From contig CM114271.1 of NCBI GenBank assembly GCA_050084515.1, positions 19,902,001 through 19,966,000 of the forward strand: a stretch of DNA of 64,000 bases, written 5' to 3'. Position 1 is the first letter of the stretch, and every line of letters starts with the position of its first letter. Made by a program: the position numbers and the translations under genes. Below the pieces are notes generated by a model. The model did not search any database. It had not been told where the DNA came from and worked only from the letters and a program-made list of their open reading frames with translations. The stretch is from Blasia pusilla (Eukaryota). This document shows positions 12,539 through 27,661 of the stretch, one piece after another.

Positions 12539-14940
12539 TTCAACTTCGATCGCTCCAGCTCATCGGATTATTCCAGTGCGAAGAAGCAATTATCCGCACT
12601 CCCGAACACAAATTGAACTATCCATCTCGAATGCCTCCATTCCAGGACCCTGAAAGGCCAATCCATGCTGGCCGTGCCTCCCCACTCTCCGACCCTCCCA
12701 TCCGTTTTCTTTCCCACCCTTGAACCACCAACGACACATGAGATACTAAATATGCCCTCTTTCCCAACCGTCGCGACTGTCGGCCGCACCAGCCTTCAGG
12801 CAAGGCAGGTAAGTAGGGATGAAGGAACTGACGATGTGGATGGCGGCACACAGAATATTCCGAAGGATGATTTACATCCCTTAAACCCAGCTGCGATGCA
12901 GCCGGCTCGAATCCGTCACTAATCAATGCTCCTTGGGGCATAGGATTGATGATGTGCCCGAATTCCATCACCGCTGCTCTCTCGATCATGGTTTCTAGTG
13001 CCCCAAGTCCTTCACCGATGCTCTCTCCCTCTCTCCGGTGCACTTTTCTGTCGTAGACCACTCAGGAAAGGCAGTCTCGCTTCTCTCACTGTACACTTCC
13101 CGATGCGATAAAAAATCCCGAAGAAAATGGCCCACCACCTCGCGCAAGCATGCGACAAGGATCAAAGAGTCTTCAAGGAAGGGACAAGTCAGCGAGCGAG
13201 AGTGACCCTCTCACTTCCAGGACACACCAAATAGTAAACGAAGCTTAATTCGCTCACTCTGTCATCCGCAGCTCAGCACCTACCTCCAGCCCAAAAGTCC
13301 TCCGAAACCCACTCCTTTCCGCTTTCCAGTCCGAAGACGGAACGGCCCCATCCGTCAGGCTGCCAACGATCTCCATCCGGTAGATCGAGATCGCAAGAAG
13401 TTATAGCGGGAGAGTTCGCCTGCGACAGGAATATGGTCCCACAGTTGCGAGATTTTAGCACTGCTCTCCAAAATAAGAATCCTACCTATATTCTGACATG
13501 ACTCCAGAGAAGAAGAAGATATTCGCGAAATAGCGGATAACAAAAACGTAACTCTTCTATTTTTCGTGTGGGAAGACTAACGAATGATAGTTTCATTAGA
13601 GAGCTCGTCAAGATGAGTCGAGACTGGGCTAGGCCCAGATAGGGTTTGGCAAGAAGCTTAACCAGTCATGGCACAACTTACAGCCCACCTTTGACCGGGG
13701 TTTCGGTTCCCCACCGTCTTGTGAGTTGCCTCCTGGTAGATACGCATTAATTCTGTCAATTCCTAGACAAAGGATGCCGCAGGCCCACATATCTGGCCGG
13801 CATTTTCGTCCATGTTTCCAGTCCTGGAAGTGATCCTCAAGCACTGGACGCATCCACTTCTCGGTTACAGAGAGGGGCCCGTCCTTGGGATCCAGAACTG
13901 CATTTCGTGTGGGTTTCCACGTGTGTGGCCGTCCGTAGATTTCGCTTCAAAGGCTGTTCGTCGGTTATTCGCTGTGGCCCTCCCATCGAGCATTTGCTAC
14001 GTTTCATGCCGACGTTATAGAAAATCCAGTCCCATAGCGACACCTGGCTGGTGAATCAATTTCCCTCCGGTCAAGTCGGACTCTCCGGCCTTCATTTAAT
14101 CCCAAAGCTGCATCAATATTCGGTAATTTCTTTGGAGTGCGATCCCAAGTAAGTTTAAGTGTAACCGTAAACAGTTTCGTGGAAGACATGTCCGCCCTCA
14201 TATTTCGCTGGAAGGCGCTGTCCGGTTTCGGATACCGTCAAGTGTAACGTCGAAACGATACGGCAAACAATTCTTGGTTATATCCTGAACGTGCTAAGCT
14301 ACCTGATATCTCTACCCTTATAGTACTGCGGAGGGATCCGAACCAGCGTCATTGCAAAATATGAAAACATTCATTAGACACAGTACCATTCGTGACACGG
14401 TACCATACGTGACACACTCTCACACAGCCACAATCTAAATCCCCGACATTGCAACTGACAGTCTGCAGAGCAGAACACAAGAAGCAGGTATTTCCCATCC
14501 CAATGTACACATTTATAATTGACATCGAAAATGTAGGTGATCTGGGCCGGTCACCGATGTTACAAACTCCGTCAAGCAGTCCATGCCTCACGGAACAGTG
14601 TGGACTCACCTACCACATAGTTCCTGATCAAAAGAAACCCATACTGACCTCAGCGGAAAGATTCGAAGCCTATCCTACAACAGATTGATGTTGGAAACCC
14701 AGTAAGAGAATCGATATCAAGAAGTGCCGGAGCAGAACCCTCTGATAGGGAGAGGTTCTTCGCTTTGAAATATTAGGAATTAGACGCGAGTGAAAGAACC
14801 AAGAAAGTCCGGCATTTGGAAGAATAATACAGAATGAGAAAGCCCCATGGAAGACTACTCCGCAATACTACACATTCATTGGATCCATTCTCCTGGATGC
14901 ATGCTCAAAGAAGAGTGAAGCGAAACGATTAAGATCGGCA

Positions 14941-17900
14941 TCAGACGCACTGGGGTGTTCGATAACTACTGGAACTAATTAGAGGGTTCACCCTGTCTAA
15001 ATCATCTAAATCATGTAATCTATCAATATCAAGCTTGTCATCAATGTTATTCTCTAGGGCAAAATGTGGAACAGGGAATCGGTTGCGTATTGGTATGTGT
15101 AGTGGCGGTAAGATCTTCGAAGAGTTTGTACTGGGTGAATGTGAATTGCTCTTACTCAGCCTGGAGCCGGCCTGATTGGTTGCCCTCGCTGAGCTGAACT
15201 CCTGGCTCTTGCTCAGACCAAGTGAATGTTTCCTAGCTTTTGGAAGGTATTCCATTTCCTTCAGCATCTCTTTGTCCTCTTGAGAAAGCTCCAATAGACT
15301 GTGAGGGCTCAGTGGACAACTCGTCTGTGTACTTTCAGCATGTAGGACACTCTCAGAGTGAGAGCATTGATGAAAGACATCAGCAGGAGGTGAGGGCGGA
15401 AGAACCAACGCCAGACTAGCAGGGGGTGAAGGAGGAATTGACTGCGTTTCAGTTGGGGACCTCGGAGGTGATTTGTAACGACCATTCATTGCACTGCGTG
15501 TCCTGCTAACTAGATAGTGGAGACCCACAATCAGTTCCAATATGTACGCCTCCACACACTCCTGATCAGCATGATGTAGTGTTTGTAATAATGTCAGCTC
15601 AGTATGACCAGCCAGTCTTCGGTCTACTGATGACCTGCATTATGACGTAAGACAGACAATTTCTTTGCTTCAGTTAACTTTTGATTTAAAAGAGTGCTAC
15701 CTCGGACGGAGTCCAAGCCACCGAATTCCCAACATAATCAAACTGATCTCTTCAAGCAAGATTACTTATCACTGTTTGTGTTAGTACTCGACACAGCAAC
15801 TCAAAAAATTGACGGAGACATACAGAACAAGTAACTGATCATAGAAAGAGACAGAAAAATTACCCAGTGTTTGCCCACTCTCCAACCCATCCAAATCCAT
15901 GATGCGCTCTGTCATGTACATTGCACAAGTAGTTAACATCTCTTCCATTCCATACAAGATGCATGCGTTCAATTAATTCACATCATCCATTTGATGGTCA
16001 ATGGAGAGAACGTGGAATATGTATATCCAGTGGAAATCTTTTACCTACTTTCAAACAAACTCAGCAAACAACCTTCAAATAGAACCCACACTTAATCAGG
16101 CACAATGGCATCCCGTATATTTACCACTAATACGGTCTATTCAACACAGCAAAATTCTTTTGAACATGAAGTTTGTGACAGACTGAAATATACTTTGTGG
16201 TATTAGCAGCAACAGTCACCAGCCAATCAAGTATCTTTTCCATTTCTCCTCTAATTTCGCCAGCAGTCAGCTGCAAAAAGCCAAAATGCAGAGGATTGAA
16301 TAGCACATCCAATAAAGCAACCGTGCATATCAAGAAGAAACAGGATCGTCAAGCCCAGAAAGACCAACCTCGGAGAGCAGGACCCATCATGATATTCAAC
16401 TGTGGAAGAAAAAACTCATGAGACCGTACAAATGAGAAATTTGTACTTATATGATGAAAGTCCCCTCCCATATGGTCTTGGATCACTGAGGTGGAAAAAG
16501 TTCAGTTGTTGAGGATCCTACCTCATCTTTGTAGGAAGCTTGCTGCAATCGACTGCGTAAAGATGCCTTCATACTTGGTGGCAGGCCCTGATATAGCGAA
16601 TCTCGTGTGTTTGGGGGAACAGAATTTGGTCTTGACACCTGTAGAATGAATAACACATTAGAGCAAATTGCATAGAAGAAATACACGTCAAGAGAGACAG
16701 CTACCGATGGTTTTTTTCAAGTCTGTCAAGGTTGTGCACCTCTCTTTACAGAGCCATCTACTTCTTCCACTGCTACATCACGCCATAATGGAAGTGGCAG
16801 AGGAAGGTCATGAGCACACATTAAAGTGTCATCTGCACATGTCTATGGTGGACAGAAACCTAAAAATAGACTTTTAAATTGTGAACCAGCAGGATTAGAT
16901 GGTTGCTCAAATCTCCCCCCTTCATCCCAATTTTCAATCGTCATGCATATGATGTTCAGATTCTACTGATTAGTACAACTACATGCATCTGAACTATTGG
17001 CAAAAATACCCTCTAAGATTTCTGTCATTTGTGAGGTTACTTGTCATAGAGATGATGACTTCTTTTCACATTAAAGACTACTCCAGGATGTGTGGTACAA
17101 ATGTCACAATTGCATGATAACAAACGAAGTGATGGTGCCAACCACAGGTGAAGAGACATCAAAGAAACAACCACAACATCTTGAAGGACAATCAAGATGG
17201 TCCATGACTTCTCTTATCAGTTGATCAGACCAAGAAAACTTACCAGACTATCAATTTGATTTATTATATTAGCGTAGTGTAAAGAAAGTCCTGATGCTCC
17301 CAACTTCGGGTGCTGGATTTCTGTTGTGGAAGCTGTCGCAGCTCTGGTTACTACAAAAACTGCAATTCGAGTTAGTGGGTGAAACTCAACCAATAACCTG
17401 ATGATCAGAGTTATACGTTCTCACTATGAATATTAGAGGATTTCTGATTTCAATTTTGGTCATTAAGAACCTGCAACTCAAATTCGTAACTCAAACTCAA
17501 CACAATCTACTTTGACTCCACAATCACTGTACAATCCTTGTGTACAAAACAGACATCACAATCCTCCCACACTCAGAAATAGAAGATCCCATGGTCACTG
17601 GACAGACTCAAGGAATCAACAAGATAAAAAAAATGTAAAGATTTACAAGAATAATCATTCGTTTCTTTATTCTCAGATTTAGAGAGATCATCTACCCTCC
17701 TCTGCATCTCAAGGAGATACATGAGAATAATGAAATACTTTTTCTGTCCATACATGTCCATAATTATGTAACCTGATGCTATGTTCTCTTTATTTTCAGG
17801 CCTGATGAGTGAACTTTGATTGGATTGGAGACCATACCAGAATTACCAAAAGCATTAGTGATTTCTTGATGAAGATAGTAGACCATATCCACCAGCTGCC

Positions 17901-20900
17901 CCATCACCTGCATTTCAAGATTTGTTCATTATCAGAGTTCTACATCAAAACAACACAACACATTATTCGTACTATAATTACATGAGCATGGCAAATCTGA
18001 GTGGAACTAAGTTTGACGGTCATATCCGTCGTGAAATTGAACCAGGTCTGATATTGTGTTTATGAGGTCACCTGTCGAGGCTGATTGATAGCAGGGATAT
18101 TCATGTAATTTTGACGAAGTACATGATACTTCATTACTCTGGCAGTGATGGGAAGCTATAAATGAAACTTGCTCCAAGGTGCACACAACTACATGTGTAT
18201 GTATGTCTATCAGGTCACATTTACCATCCTAAAGATCAGAGGTAGAATGTACCTTTGGGTAATTGATAGACTCCTTGGATGTCATCAAGAGAAAAGTATG
18301 GCAGAAAACAAGTACCTCTTCTAACTTCTTTGACCATAAAGATCTCTTCTTCAAATGCTTGACATGCTTTTGCTGCTGCCTCAAGTCATTCCTGAGAAGA
18401 GCGATGTTGTCTCCTGCAGAAAAGTTTACAAACCAGATCTTTCAGTAATGAATCTTCTTCTAGCCAGTACTTTACAATTGTTAGCAACTGTCCTGTATGC
18501 AAACTTCAAGAGAATTACAAACACAAACCAGCTTCCAAATAATGAAGATCTCAACCGTGGTGATGAGACAACTATAATGTTTGAAGTCTTTGCTCGTTTT
18601 CATAGGACCAACTGATCTCCTCACCTCGATGTGGACCACTGAATAACTCCTCTTCTTGTAGCTTGCGCCGAAGTTCCAACCCAAATCGATCAAGTGCATG
18701 CAATTCATGATACAATTCCTGGCAGGAACACACAGGGTTAGAGATCAACTGTAAGACAAATCGGATACATTGTGCCGTCTATGTTATTCTCTCACACAGG
18801 TCATGCGCAGTAACTTGTCAACTATGTTTAGTGATATTTCCTCAGATATAATGCCCCAAACTGTGATCATTATGACACGTAAGCATGACTAATATTGGCA
18901 TTGCAAAGACACAGAAGCATCTCACAGGTGCACCATGAAATGTGTAGCCATGTCCAAGTTACATACTGCTGTATATTGTGCAAGATTCATCAAATTATGC
19001 ATTTCCATATCAGCTTGCTCTTTACTTTGATGGGGAATGGTTAACTCCTCCGTACCCAACCTGAAAGATTCCAAAGCCATGGTTTGAGATATTGCTCATA
19101 TACAATAGATACTCTACCACTGGCTTCATAGATCAGTTTCCAATGAGCTTTTCATTTTACTAGGATCATCTTCTAGCTCCATGACATTCCTGCACAGTTC
19201 CACTTTGAAAACGAGAAATATTCTTCAACGATGAACCAGAGTGTGGGTGTACTTATTGAATATGCGATCCAGTCGATGCCATTGAGGATCTTGGCAATGA
19301 TTTCCAAATCTAACCACTTCTCCAGCAAAAATTTTAAGTTCCTCCCTAGAGTCATTTCCAACAACACCACTCACATGTCAGATGACAAATCAGTTGTTAC
19401 ATATTTAACTACACCAGAAATCTACATCACATGACTTAACAATCTATATAGGGACCAGTGCTATCCCATCCTCTCAGCTCATACCAATCTCGGCCTCCAC
19501 CAAACATTGCATTTTGCAGCTTCCCTGCATCATTTTGCAACAGGCAAAACCCCTGTAGGGAACTGGAGGCCACGGATCAGATTGTGTGTCAAGTGGTACC
19601 GAGGGTTCCCGTGAATTGCAAAAGGAAAGGCAAGGTGAATCTTTTCAAACCTCTTATCAGCTGAAGCAATCCTCAATAGTTCACCCATATCTTGGGAAAC
19701 TAAACGTTGAACGCCTTCAGATACAAGTGTCTCCTCCTTCAGAACCCTCAAGTCTTCTTCTGACAATGACTGCTTCAGGTTCGAGCCCTTAACTATTGTG
19801 TTGGCAACCTCAAATGCCAAGATGCCTATCTTAATACCTTTGGGTGCCACTCCAGATGCAAATCCACCACCTATATTTGTTAAGGTACTTCCAAATGTAT
19901 CAAGAGCTTCCACCGCCTTTCCAAAACCAGCAGTTCCAGCCCGCCCTATGAGAGAACCCACTTCTGACACCTGGGGACATTATAAGTTGATTAGAAGAGA
20001 CACTGAGACAGCTGCATGGGATATTCCTTCCCAATTCAAGGGAATACAATGCTCTTTAAGAAGAGAAAGACACATGTGTAATTGTCCAACCTGTAACAGA
20101 GCTGCAAAACCCCAAGGCTCGTCATATCAGGCGTGGCCTGTGCCAGGGGAACGAGTAACGTGAATTGAATTCAGTCTATAACTGTTCACCGTACATGGTG
20201 AAATTGTGTACATGAAATTTGAAAAAACAGGTACATACGGTTCAAAAGGAGCAGTACACTCAAACGTTCACCCGAGACTCCTCGGGAAACATCTTGGCAC
20301 GACTTGGTTGAACAATTGCTACCTGTAATTAATTTTGAAAAAGAAAAGACTGAATGTGCAAATCAGTCCGGATGCTGTATCTTTTTGGAATCGGGGGAGT
20401 TGGTTACTGCAATTAAAACGCTGTGGAATTCTTAAAACCACACCAAGTACACACAATGTGACCCTCAGGGCACAGTGCAATTTAGTAGGGCACATTCTCC
20501 CTTCCTTATTATTTATTTAGATAGTAGCACCACACGCACAACGCGATGAGTAGGAAGGGCGACATCGGATGACAAACAAAACCCACCCCCAGACAACAGA
20601 ATCAGATTTTTGATACTTCGGAATAATTAGTGGTATTCCAATCAGTGTTTGTTACGCAGCTACGTACTGAACTTTGAAACTTTCCATCCAATGTTAGCAG
20701 ACTCTTGGGTATTGGCACCGAGTGAACATGTATTTGCCCACGGATCTGTACAATTTTTCATTTGAATTTCTACAACCACGTCTGTTTGCACACTGAAAGA
20801 TAGATGTACTCCTTGACACGGTCCACAGGGTTCATGACGAAGCATCAAATCAACGTATTTGTAATGGCATGGTGATAGAGATGTCGTCCGTCTTACCCTG

Positions 20901-21341
20901 GTGACCAAACAGCCTAGGCGGGGGCTTTCCCACTCTCATGACATTTACCAAACATCATCGTTTATGAGAACCACATGCTCTTGAAAGGAAATAATCAATC
21001 TAACATGCAGGAGTTTTCAGAGGTTTGAGTGTGTAGTTAGTGCTTCAACACCGCGGAAGTTAACGGTGTCGCACCTTTTGAGCACTCTTCTTCGCAGCTG
21101 TTGATGTCTTCGATGTCGCAGTCCTGGCTCTATCAGAAAGAAGTCTTCCTAACTTCTTTTTCTCCTCCTTGTCCGCTAGGGCAGACATCGATTCTGATAA
21201 GGGGTTTGATGATGCGCCTTTCTTCCATGGAAACCCAGGTTCAAACATTCCCTTATCCAACATTTCATGGCGTGAATTCTTCCTGGGCAGATCGTCATCG
21301 GAGTTCTCAACAGCTGAGAATTTCGTACACAGACAACCCAT
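14941..21341 (-). CDS. PSI1: DUF3475/DUF668 protein, PSK SIMULATOR (PSI1/2/3)-like; 12 coding exons
   Basis: Exons (minus strand): 21341-21075, 19970-19651, 19345-19253, 19060-18967, 18718-18625, 18413-18316, 17907-17838, 17359-17244, 16638-16522, 16270-16194, 15908-15864, 15634-14941. Motifs: MGCLCTK, KIGILAFEVANTIVKG, FGNHCKDPQWHRL, ELYHELHALDRF, LGASGLSLHYANII, PPNTRDSLYQGLP, AHHGFGWVGEWANTG, TLHHADQ. The paralogue within PSI1-3 is not resolved. Confidence 0.92.
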
Positions 21342-24300
21342 TTCCTGGCTTGTGATGACTTCAGATTAACTAACAGCGGTTGGTTGAAAAGATCAAGGTT
21401 AATCTATTACAAAGGTATGACCACGAGCCTCAAGTTTGCCACGGAATCAGCTTTGGTTACCCAGGGATACACTCGAAGGAAAAATTGGGATCAGGAGGAA
21501 GACAGTTCAGTAAACCGTAGAAAACAATGTAGTGATACGAGGAATTTGTCCGACCAAGAACCTCTGGCATCTCTCCCTGCATTGAATCACACAGTCATCC
21601 CATAAGAAATTCCAGCTTCTCAAACGGGTGCTCATCCAAAAAGCCTTCCACCCTTCGTGTATCAAGCTCGTTCGGACTTCAATGAGTGTTAGACAGCTTC
21701 CTCCACGGAAATAGCTGGAGCAACCACAGAGAAACATGTCGTTGCTGGTCCTTCATATCAACGATAAATCCATCGTCTATCCGTTACTCTGTTCGTGAGT
21801 TTCATTGCCGACGAGGTACATTGTCCGTTGTGGTCAACTCTTGCAGTTTCGTCTTCAGACGACGTGAGATTCTGATGCAGACCACGTGTAAAGCGCGCGT
21901 GAGAATTGTCGACAAACATACGAGAGAACTACATGCTGCGATTCAAACTACCACACAAGACGTGGGCCAACCGCTTCTAACGCGTCTTACCCCACCGCTT
22001 CCGATTAAGTGAGCACGTGACCCACGAAGGAAGTGAAGAACGGGGACCAATGACTTCGACCAGGCGTATGCGTGATTGCTAGGACTCAGCTAACGAATCC
22101 TGCTTTCACGCTTTGACATAGCTCAACACACTGGCGCACCGCACCATGAAGTGAAGGCTACAACCTCTAGGACCATACGACGAGCTATAATTGCCGTGCC
22201 GAAAATCTAGAGACTACGTGAACGGACCTGAACTAGATGTCACTCACCTGGAGGAGTGCCATCGCCCCAGTGAGCTCGAACGACGACCCTCTCATAATAA
22301 ATCCCGAGAGCGAGCAATTCAAATTCCCTCTGACGAAATACAGATAGACACCGAGCTGCTGCAAAAACAACTAAATCTTCACTCTAGGGCAACTCCTAGA
22401 GCGGACGACCACCGACCGCATCGAAGTCCTAATCACACAGTGCTCGTAATACCTCATCGGAAGCCTGCATAAAAGCCTACCTATGCCCCATAAGCTCTGT
22501 ACATTAACACGGCCGATCTACCTCCAAAACGGCCCAAAATCTCAGGAGGAGCAGCCCGTTTACATTGTTATTCTCTGGTGATCACCGCAGGATCTCTCGC
22601 CACTCCTCTTCCTTCTCCTCAAGACGACCTCCACTCCAAGAACAACATCCTCAGCATCATCCGCATCGTCCACCAAACATTTCGCGTCCTTGCCTACCTG
22701 CCGTCCGGCTCTCTCTCTCTCTCTCTTACTTACAGACAGAACGATGCGCAGTGTACGAACTCCACCCCCACCTCGGCTAGCAGCTACCTGGCTCCGCGCG
22801 CTTTCGAAGGACCATCGACAGTCTTCCAAACGGAGGAGCATCGACAACGAATTGAGACGTATAGGGCCTCCGGAACGAACGAAGACTTTTTCCACCGTAC
22901 AGTGGATCATCCAGCTCCCGAGGCATCCCTTGACTTCCCGTGGACGACCAATACACGTGGCAGACTAAAACTGGCTGCTACCCACAGAGCGCGGTAGGTA
23001 GTATGATCGCACCGAATCGTGGAGTGCCATGTGGTGCGGAGGGAGGGAGACTTCAGTCCGTAGGAATGCCGGCAGGTGGGAGAATAGGGGGCGCGCTATT
23101 TCGGCGGGACCTTGTCGCGCAGGCAATCCTCTATACCTGGCGCGAAGGGGGGGCAGTGCCGTTGATTTGTCGGGTAGGCCAGAAGTGGCGAACTTGGCGA
23201 CAGCCGGGAAAGTGGGAGGGAATTTAAGTCTCGCGCATTTCCGTTGACCTGCGGACAAGGGCCCGGGCAATGACCGTGGCGTCTTTAATGTGGGGGCTGG
23301 GTCGCTAGCCAGGATAAAGCCAGCTCAGTCTGCCAGACCTAACAGGTCCCTCTATACGCTATAGCCCCCCGTCCCGAGCGTCAGAACTCGGGCAACGGGC
23401 AGCCCCGTGTTGAGGTTAGCCACTGACCGCCGCTAAGGTTAGCGGCGTTCTCGTCGCCTCCGTTGAATTTCTCTCCGTTTCTTCGCGGACACGGAGAGAA
23501 ATTCGTAAATCTCAATGGAGACGAATGGAAACTGTGAAAACACTTTTTCCCCGTGTCATGTCTTAAATCGGCTACGAACTACAGTGGACACCATCAATAT
23601 GCACATGTCACTGCTCGGAAACAGCGATGGGAATAACGACCCCTGACTGGCTCACTGACAGCGGGACACGCAGGAAAGAGTGGATCAAAACCCCATGTCC
23701 GTCCGTAGTTGACGCCAATTCGGATTCGAAACTTTGGCCCTTACCGGAGTGTCATCGCTCGTCTCCTCCTCGTCGGGAAGAACGGCGAATGTGCATGACT
23801 ACCGCACATCACCACACATCCAACAGCGAAACAACGACGTCGATAATATGTGCACGTCAAAATGATTAGGAAAACTGGAACTCGTCTTTCCATATACGGG
23901 CGCGATCTATCCGGCGATAATAGCATGTAGACGCGAACACACACACACACACCCTCGCGATATTTTCGGCCGTGACATCTGGTCAACCCGATACGCTACC
24001 CTTCGTGCTGCCGGCGCTGCGTGTTTCTGGCAGGACATGACGAATCCGCTGGGAATGCTTGTGTACTTCTCGACCGTCCGCGACGAATCCAGTCTTGCGT
24101 TTCTCTCTGACTGTTTTCATGGCGCATCTCGCTTTCGGATAGCGCAGCGTCACAAAGCTCAGCTTCACCGGTCTGCTCCCGCAGAATTCGCGTTCCTCTC
24201 AATCCACTTCTCCCTTAATGCTGGGGGCTGGGAGCACAGATGTGTCAATCCACTGCCGCTGGGAAGGGAGATCGGTCTAGTCGTTAGCGCCGCGTAGGCT

Positions 24301-27300
24301 TGATCATCATCATCGATTCCCCTCCGAAGCGCACACCGGGAATCATCGCGCGGTTCCAGCGCTCGTGTGCCGCGGATTCCGCGGTCCTCATCGATCCGCC
24401 CCTGAGGTGAATCTCAAGTCAACCCATGTCACTGGATAGCAAGAAAGCATTCTTTACTCGAATCCATTTTTAACGACGGTGAACGGGCGCAGACTAGAGT
24501 TCCACGGTCGCCATGGAGCCGAGGCTCGTACAGCTGTGGGCACGGAGCATCGGAGTTGTTGTATGCTCGACATCGTTTGTTCCTGCCAATCTTATCTCGC
24601 GTCCTGGAACCGCGTGTATTTGTTTTCGATAGGTCAATCGGCCGCACCTGTATGCGTAGTGCGTATGTGTACAGTGATTGATCCTTGGGCATGTTGACGT
24701 GTGGATCATCTGGCTAGCTCTCTTCCCCGCATGCTTCGGTCTTCCGGTACTTTGTCACTTCAAGAAAGAACGAGAACGACGCGGAATATTCACGAGGAAA
24801 TACAAGAGAACTGTGGGAGTCAAAGACGAATAAAATTAGGTCGCAAGAAATATGCGGCTAGGGCCCCATATTGGTAGCATAGAAACATAGGGCTGTGATA
24901 TTTTTATCCGGACGTGCAAAATGGACCGAAGGTACGTGAGGGGCGGGCCCGAGAAATTGGTCAGCTCCTCGTGGAATTGTGTTCCCTTGCCATCCATCAC
25001 ACGGACCTCTCTTTCGAGATTTATACCCTTTTGCAAAAGCGGATCTCAATCCTGCAAAAGTTTTAATTATCCCCCTTTTTCAAAAGCATTAAACATGATA
25101 AGTGTTCTTGATTTCTTGATTTCATGTCACCTGTGTGATGTGATTGACACATGCCCGTGAAGGCAACGAACTAATATTTTAGTGATGTCGGTAACAAGAA
25201 AAAACTTTCTTTCATTCATTTTTGGGAAACTTAATTATTGCTCCTCTGCATAGGAAGACACTAGTCCTTGCTACTCATGGTGTCCCATTGCTCTTTTGAC
25301 CAGAAAAGGTCTCCCATTGATGCACTAGGGACGAAAAGTTCGTTCAAATGCTCAGTCTTTTCATTTCTCCTCTTGTGCTTTGTGTTTGCACTTTGTTTTG
25401 CTCTCATGTGTGCTCATTTTGTATTCTTTTGTTTAATTGCTCCGGTGGGATGTATTGTCATGTGAGGGAGAGCTACCATGCCACTTTATTCCCTTGAAGA
25501 ACGAGACTCTCCTTGGGGGTTGAGTAAGTGCTCCCACATATTAGGGAGCACACTAGCTCGTTTGGAGTTTGGGGGGGTTGTATAGACTCTATGTTTGCAT
25601 GGAGACGTGATTGAGTAAAAATCGCCTCCTTTTTTGCATCAAAAGGTTTAGCCCTCGTATGGTCATATGAGAGAGAGAGCTCTCATGCTCCTTCATTCTT
25701 TTTTAGGATAACACTCACCTTACTCCACACCCGCTGCCGATATTCCCATTTCATTGCTATGTATTATAGTCAAGTTGGGGGTCGAAATATTGCTCCCAAC
25801 AATTAGAGAGTAAACCACTCATTTGGAGTTTTGGGGGGCATCATAGCCTAGTTTTCTACATCATGGAATGGTCGGGTCAAAATAACCTCGTTTTTCACAT
25901 CAAAGAGGTTTTTTGATACAAAAATGATGTCAAGACCTCATACAAAACATGGAATTAGCTTCCTTGCCCGTCTGGGTGCATTCTCATGGGGTGAGGCATT
26001 AGGGATCTCAATAAGAAGCTATGTCCATAGACATAACCCCGAAGTAGGTTCTCCATTCCAAATTATGGTCCTAGGCCTAGCCCATTGGAAAGATGACATT
26101 GAGGAAAGTACTTTTGATAGTAAATTTTCACAAATTGATGTTATTTATGCAAAGGTTCAAGGATTCCATCCTTAAACCTCCAACTTCCATCCAAAGTAAT
26201 GTTTTGGAAATTGGTTACAATAGGTTTAGTTGTATAGTTTCTTTCAAGGCCATAGTTTGGGAATCATCTAGAAAGGTTTTGGTCTCCAATGATGGCCCAA
26301 GGTGTGCACGCACCTCCACTTTTCGGAATGCACATGCTTCCACAATTGTCTTGGGTCTTATTGATTCCAATTTGATTTTAACAATGAATGACATCTCCTT
26401 GTACTTTTGAGACCCTACAAAGAATCCATAAGAACTTTCCTTAAGTCTTGCACTCAAAAAAAATGATGCGTCCTTGTAAGATCCATGTTTCATAATTGGG
26501 AACCTTCCCAGTAAATGGGGTTGAGATTAGCATAATACTTTATTCATGCCCAAAGTTTCGTCAATCTGAATGTTTTTAAACAATAATATATTATTGCAAC
26601 ATTCATACTCATGGGATGCAGAAGTAAAAATCACACCATATAATCTTATTACATTTAAAAAATTCCCCCAAAAAGCAAGAAGACCCATGTGTCCTATTCA
26701 ATTGTAGAAATCTTCAACCCAGGAATAAACATCTCAAAGATCTTTAAGAATCTCCACTTTGAGGAAGACCCATATTGCTTTAATTGTATAGATGTAGATT
26801 CTTTCCTAGATTACCATGTAGGAAGCCTATAGACTAGTGGGAAGAACCTTCCTTTCACATGGATCCAACCAAGCCCTCGTTGTTTTAGGTGAATAGTTTC
26901 TTGTTTTAACTTGGGCCTCACAGGCAGAGGATGTTTAGTTGTGAAGAAACATTCAAAGCCCATGATTTCATATGGAAACATAAAGGTTTCAAATTTAAGG
27001 TCGAAAACCTCAATATTTTATAGGTATACAAATAATTATGAGCAGTGAATAGTAAGGTAGTGTAAGGTTTAGATTTAGATGTAAACTACAAGCGTTATAT
27101 TGGGTATCCATGAAAAGAAAACTTGGGAATTTGTGGATGAATTTATGCTCAAGACTTCTCAAATGTGTTCGGAAAAAGTTTGAAGCAATGCAAAAAAAAA
27201 GGGGGGTCTAACTAGTGAACTCAATACACCAACTTGAACAATCAAACACAAGTGATAGATTAGAATAAAAGATTAGTGCTAGATGGTCGAAAGAGTCTCG

Positions 27301-27528
27301 GAGAGTAAGTCACTCATGATTTGGATTTGGGGAGACCATTTGGTTATGTGATACTAAGAATTGACAAGTGATAGCATTCATTACAAGCACAAACTATGAT
27401 ACCATGACTTATCCAACACATGTAAAAATTCCTTTAACCAATCAAATACTTTGAAAAAGCTTAAGGCAATATGAATGTTGGATACATGTGTAGAATAAAC
27501 ACAAATCAATATAGGGAGAAACTAAATC

Positions 27529-27661
27529 ATGCAAAGATATATGCAACAAAATACTATATGAAAACCAATGACAAGACTTATTATGGATATAGAGAGAAAA
27601 TTCTATGCAAAGATATATGCAACAAAAGACTATATGAAAACCAATGACAAGACTTATTATG
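27529..27661. repeat. Local direct duplication, ~57 bp repeated with 76-bp period
   Basis: atgcaaagatatatgcaacaaaa(t/g)actatatgaaaaccaatgacaagacttattatg at 27529 and 27605. Confidence 0.85.

Noticed and set aside
22191-24800. Cluster of short ORFs in CpG-rich DNA as extra genes
   Set aside because: Better explained as the 5' UTR and promoter of the PSI-like gene; no domain or consistent splice structure was found.
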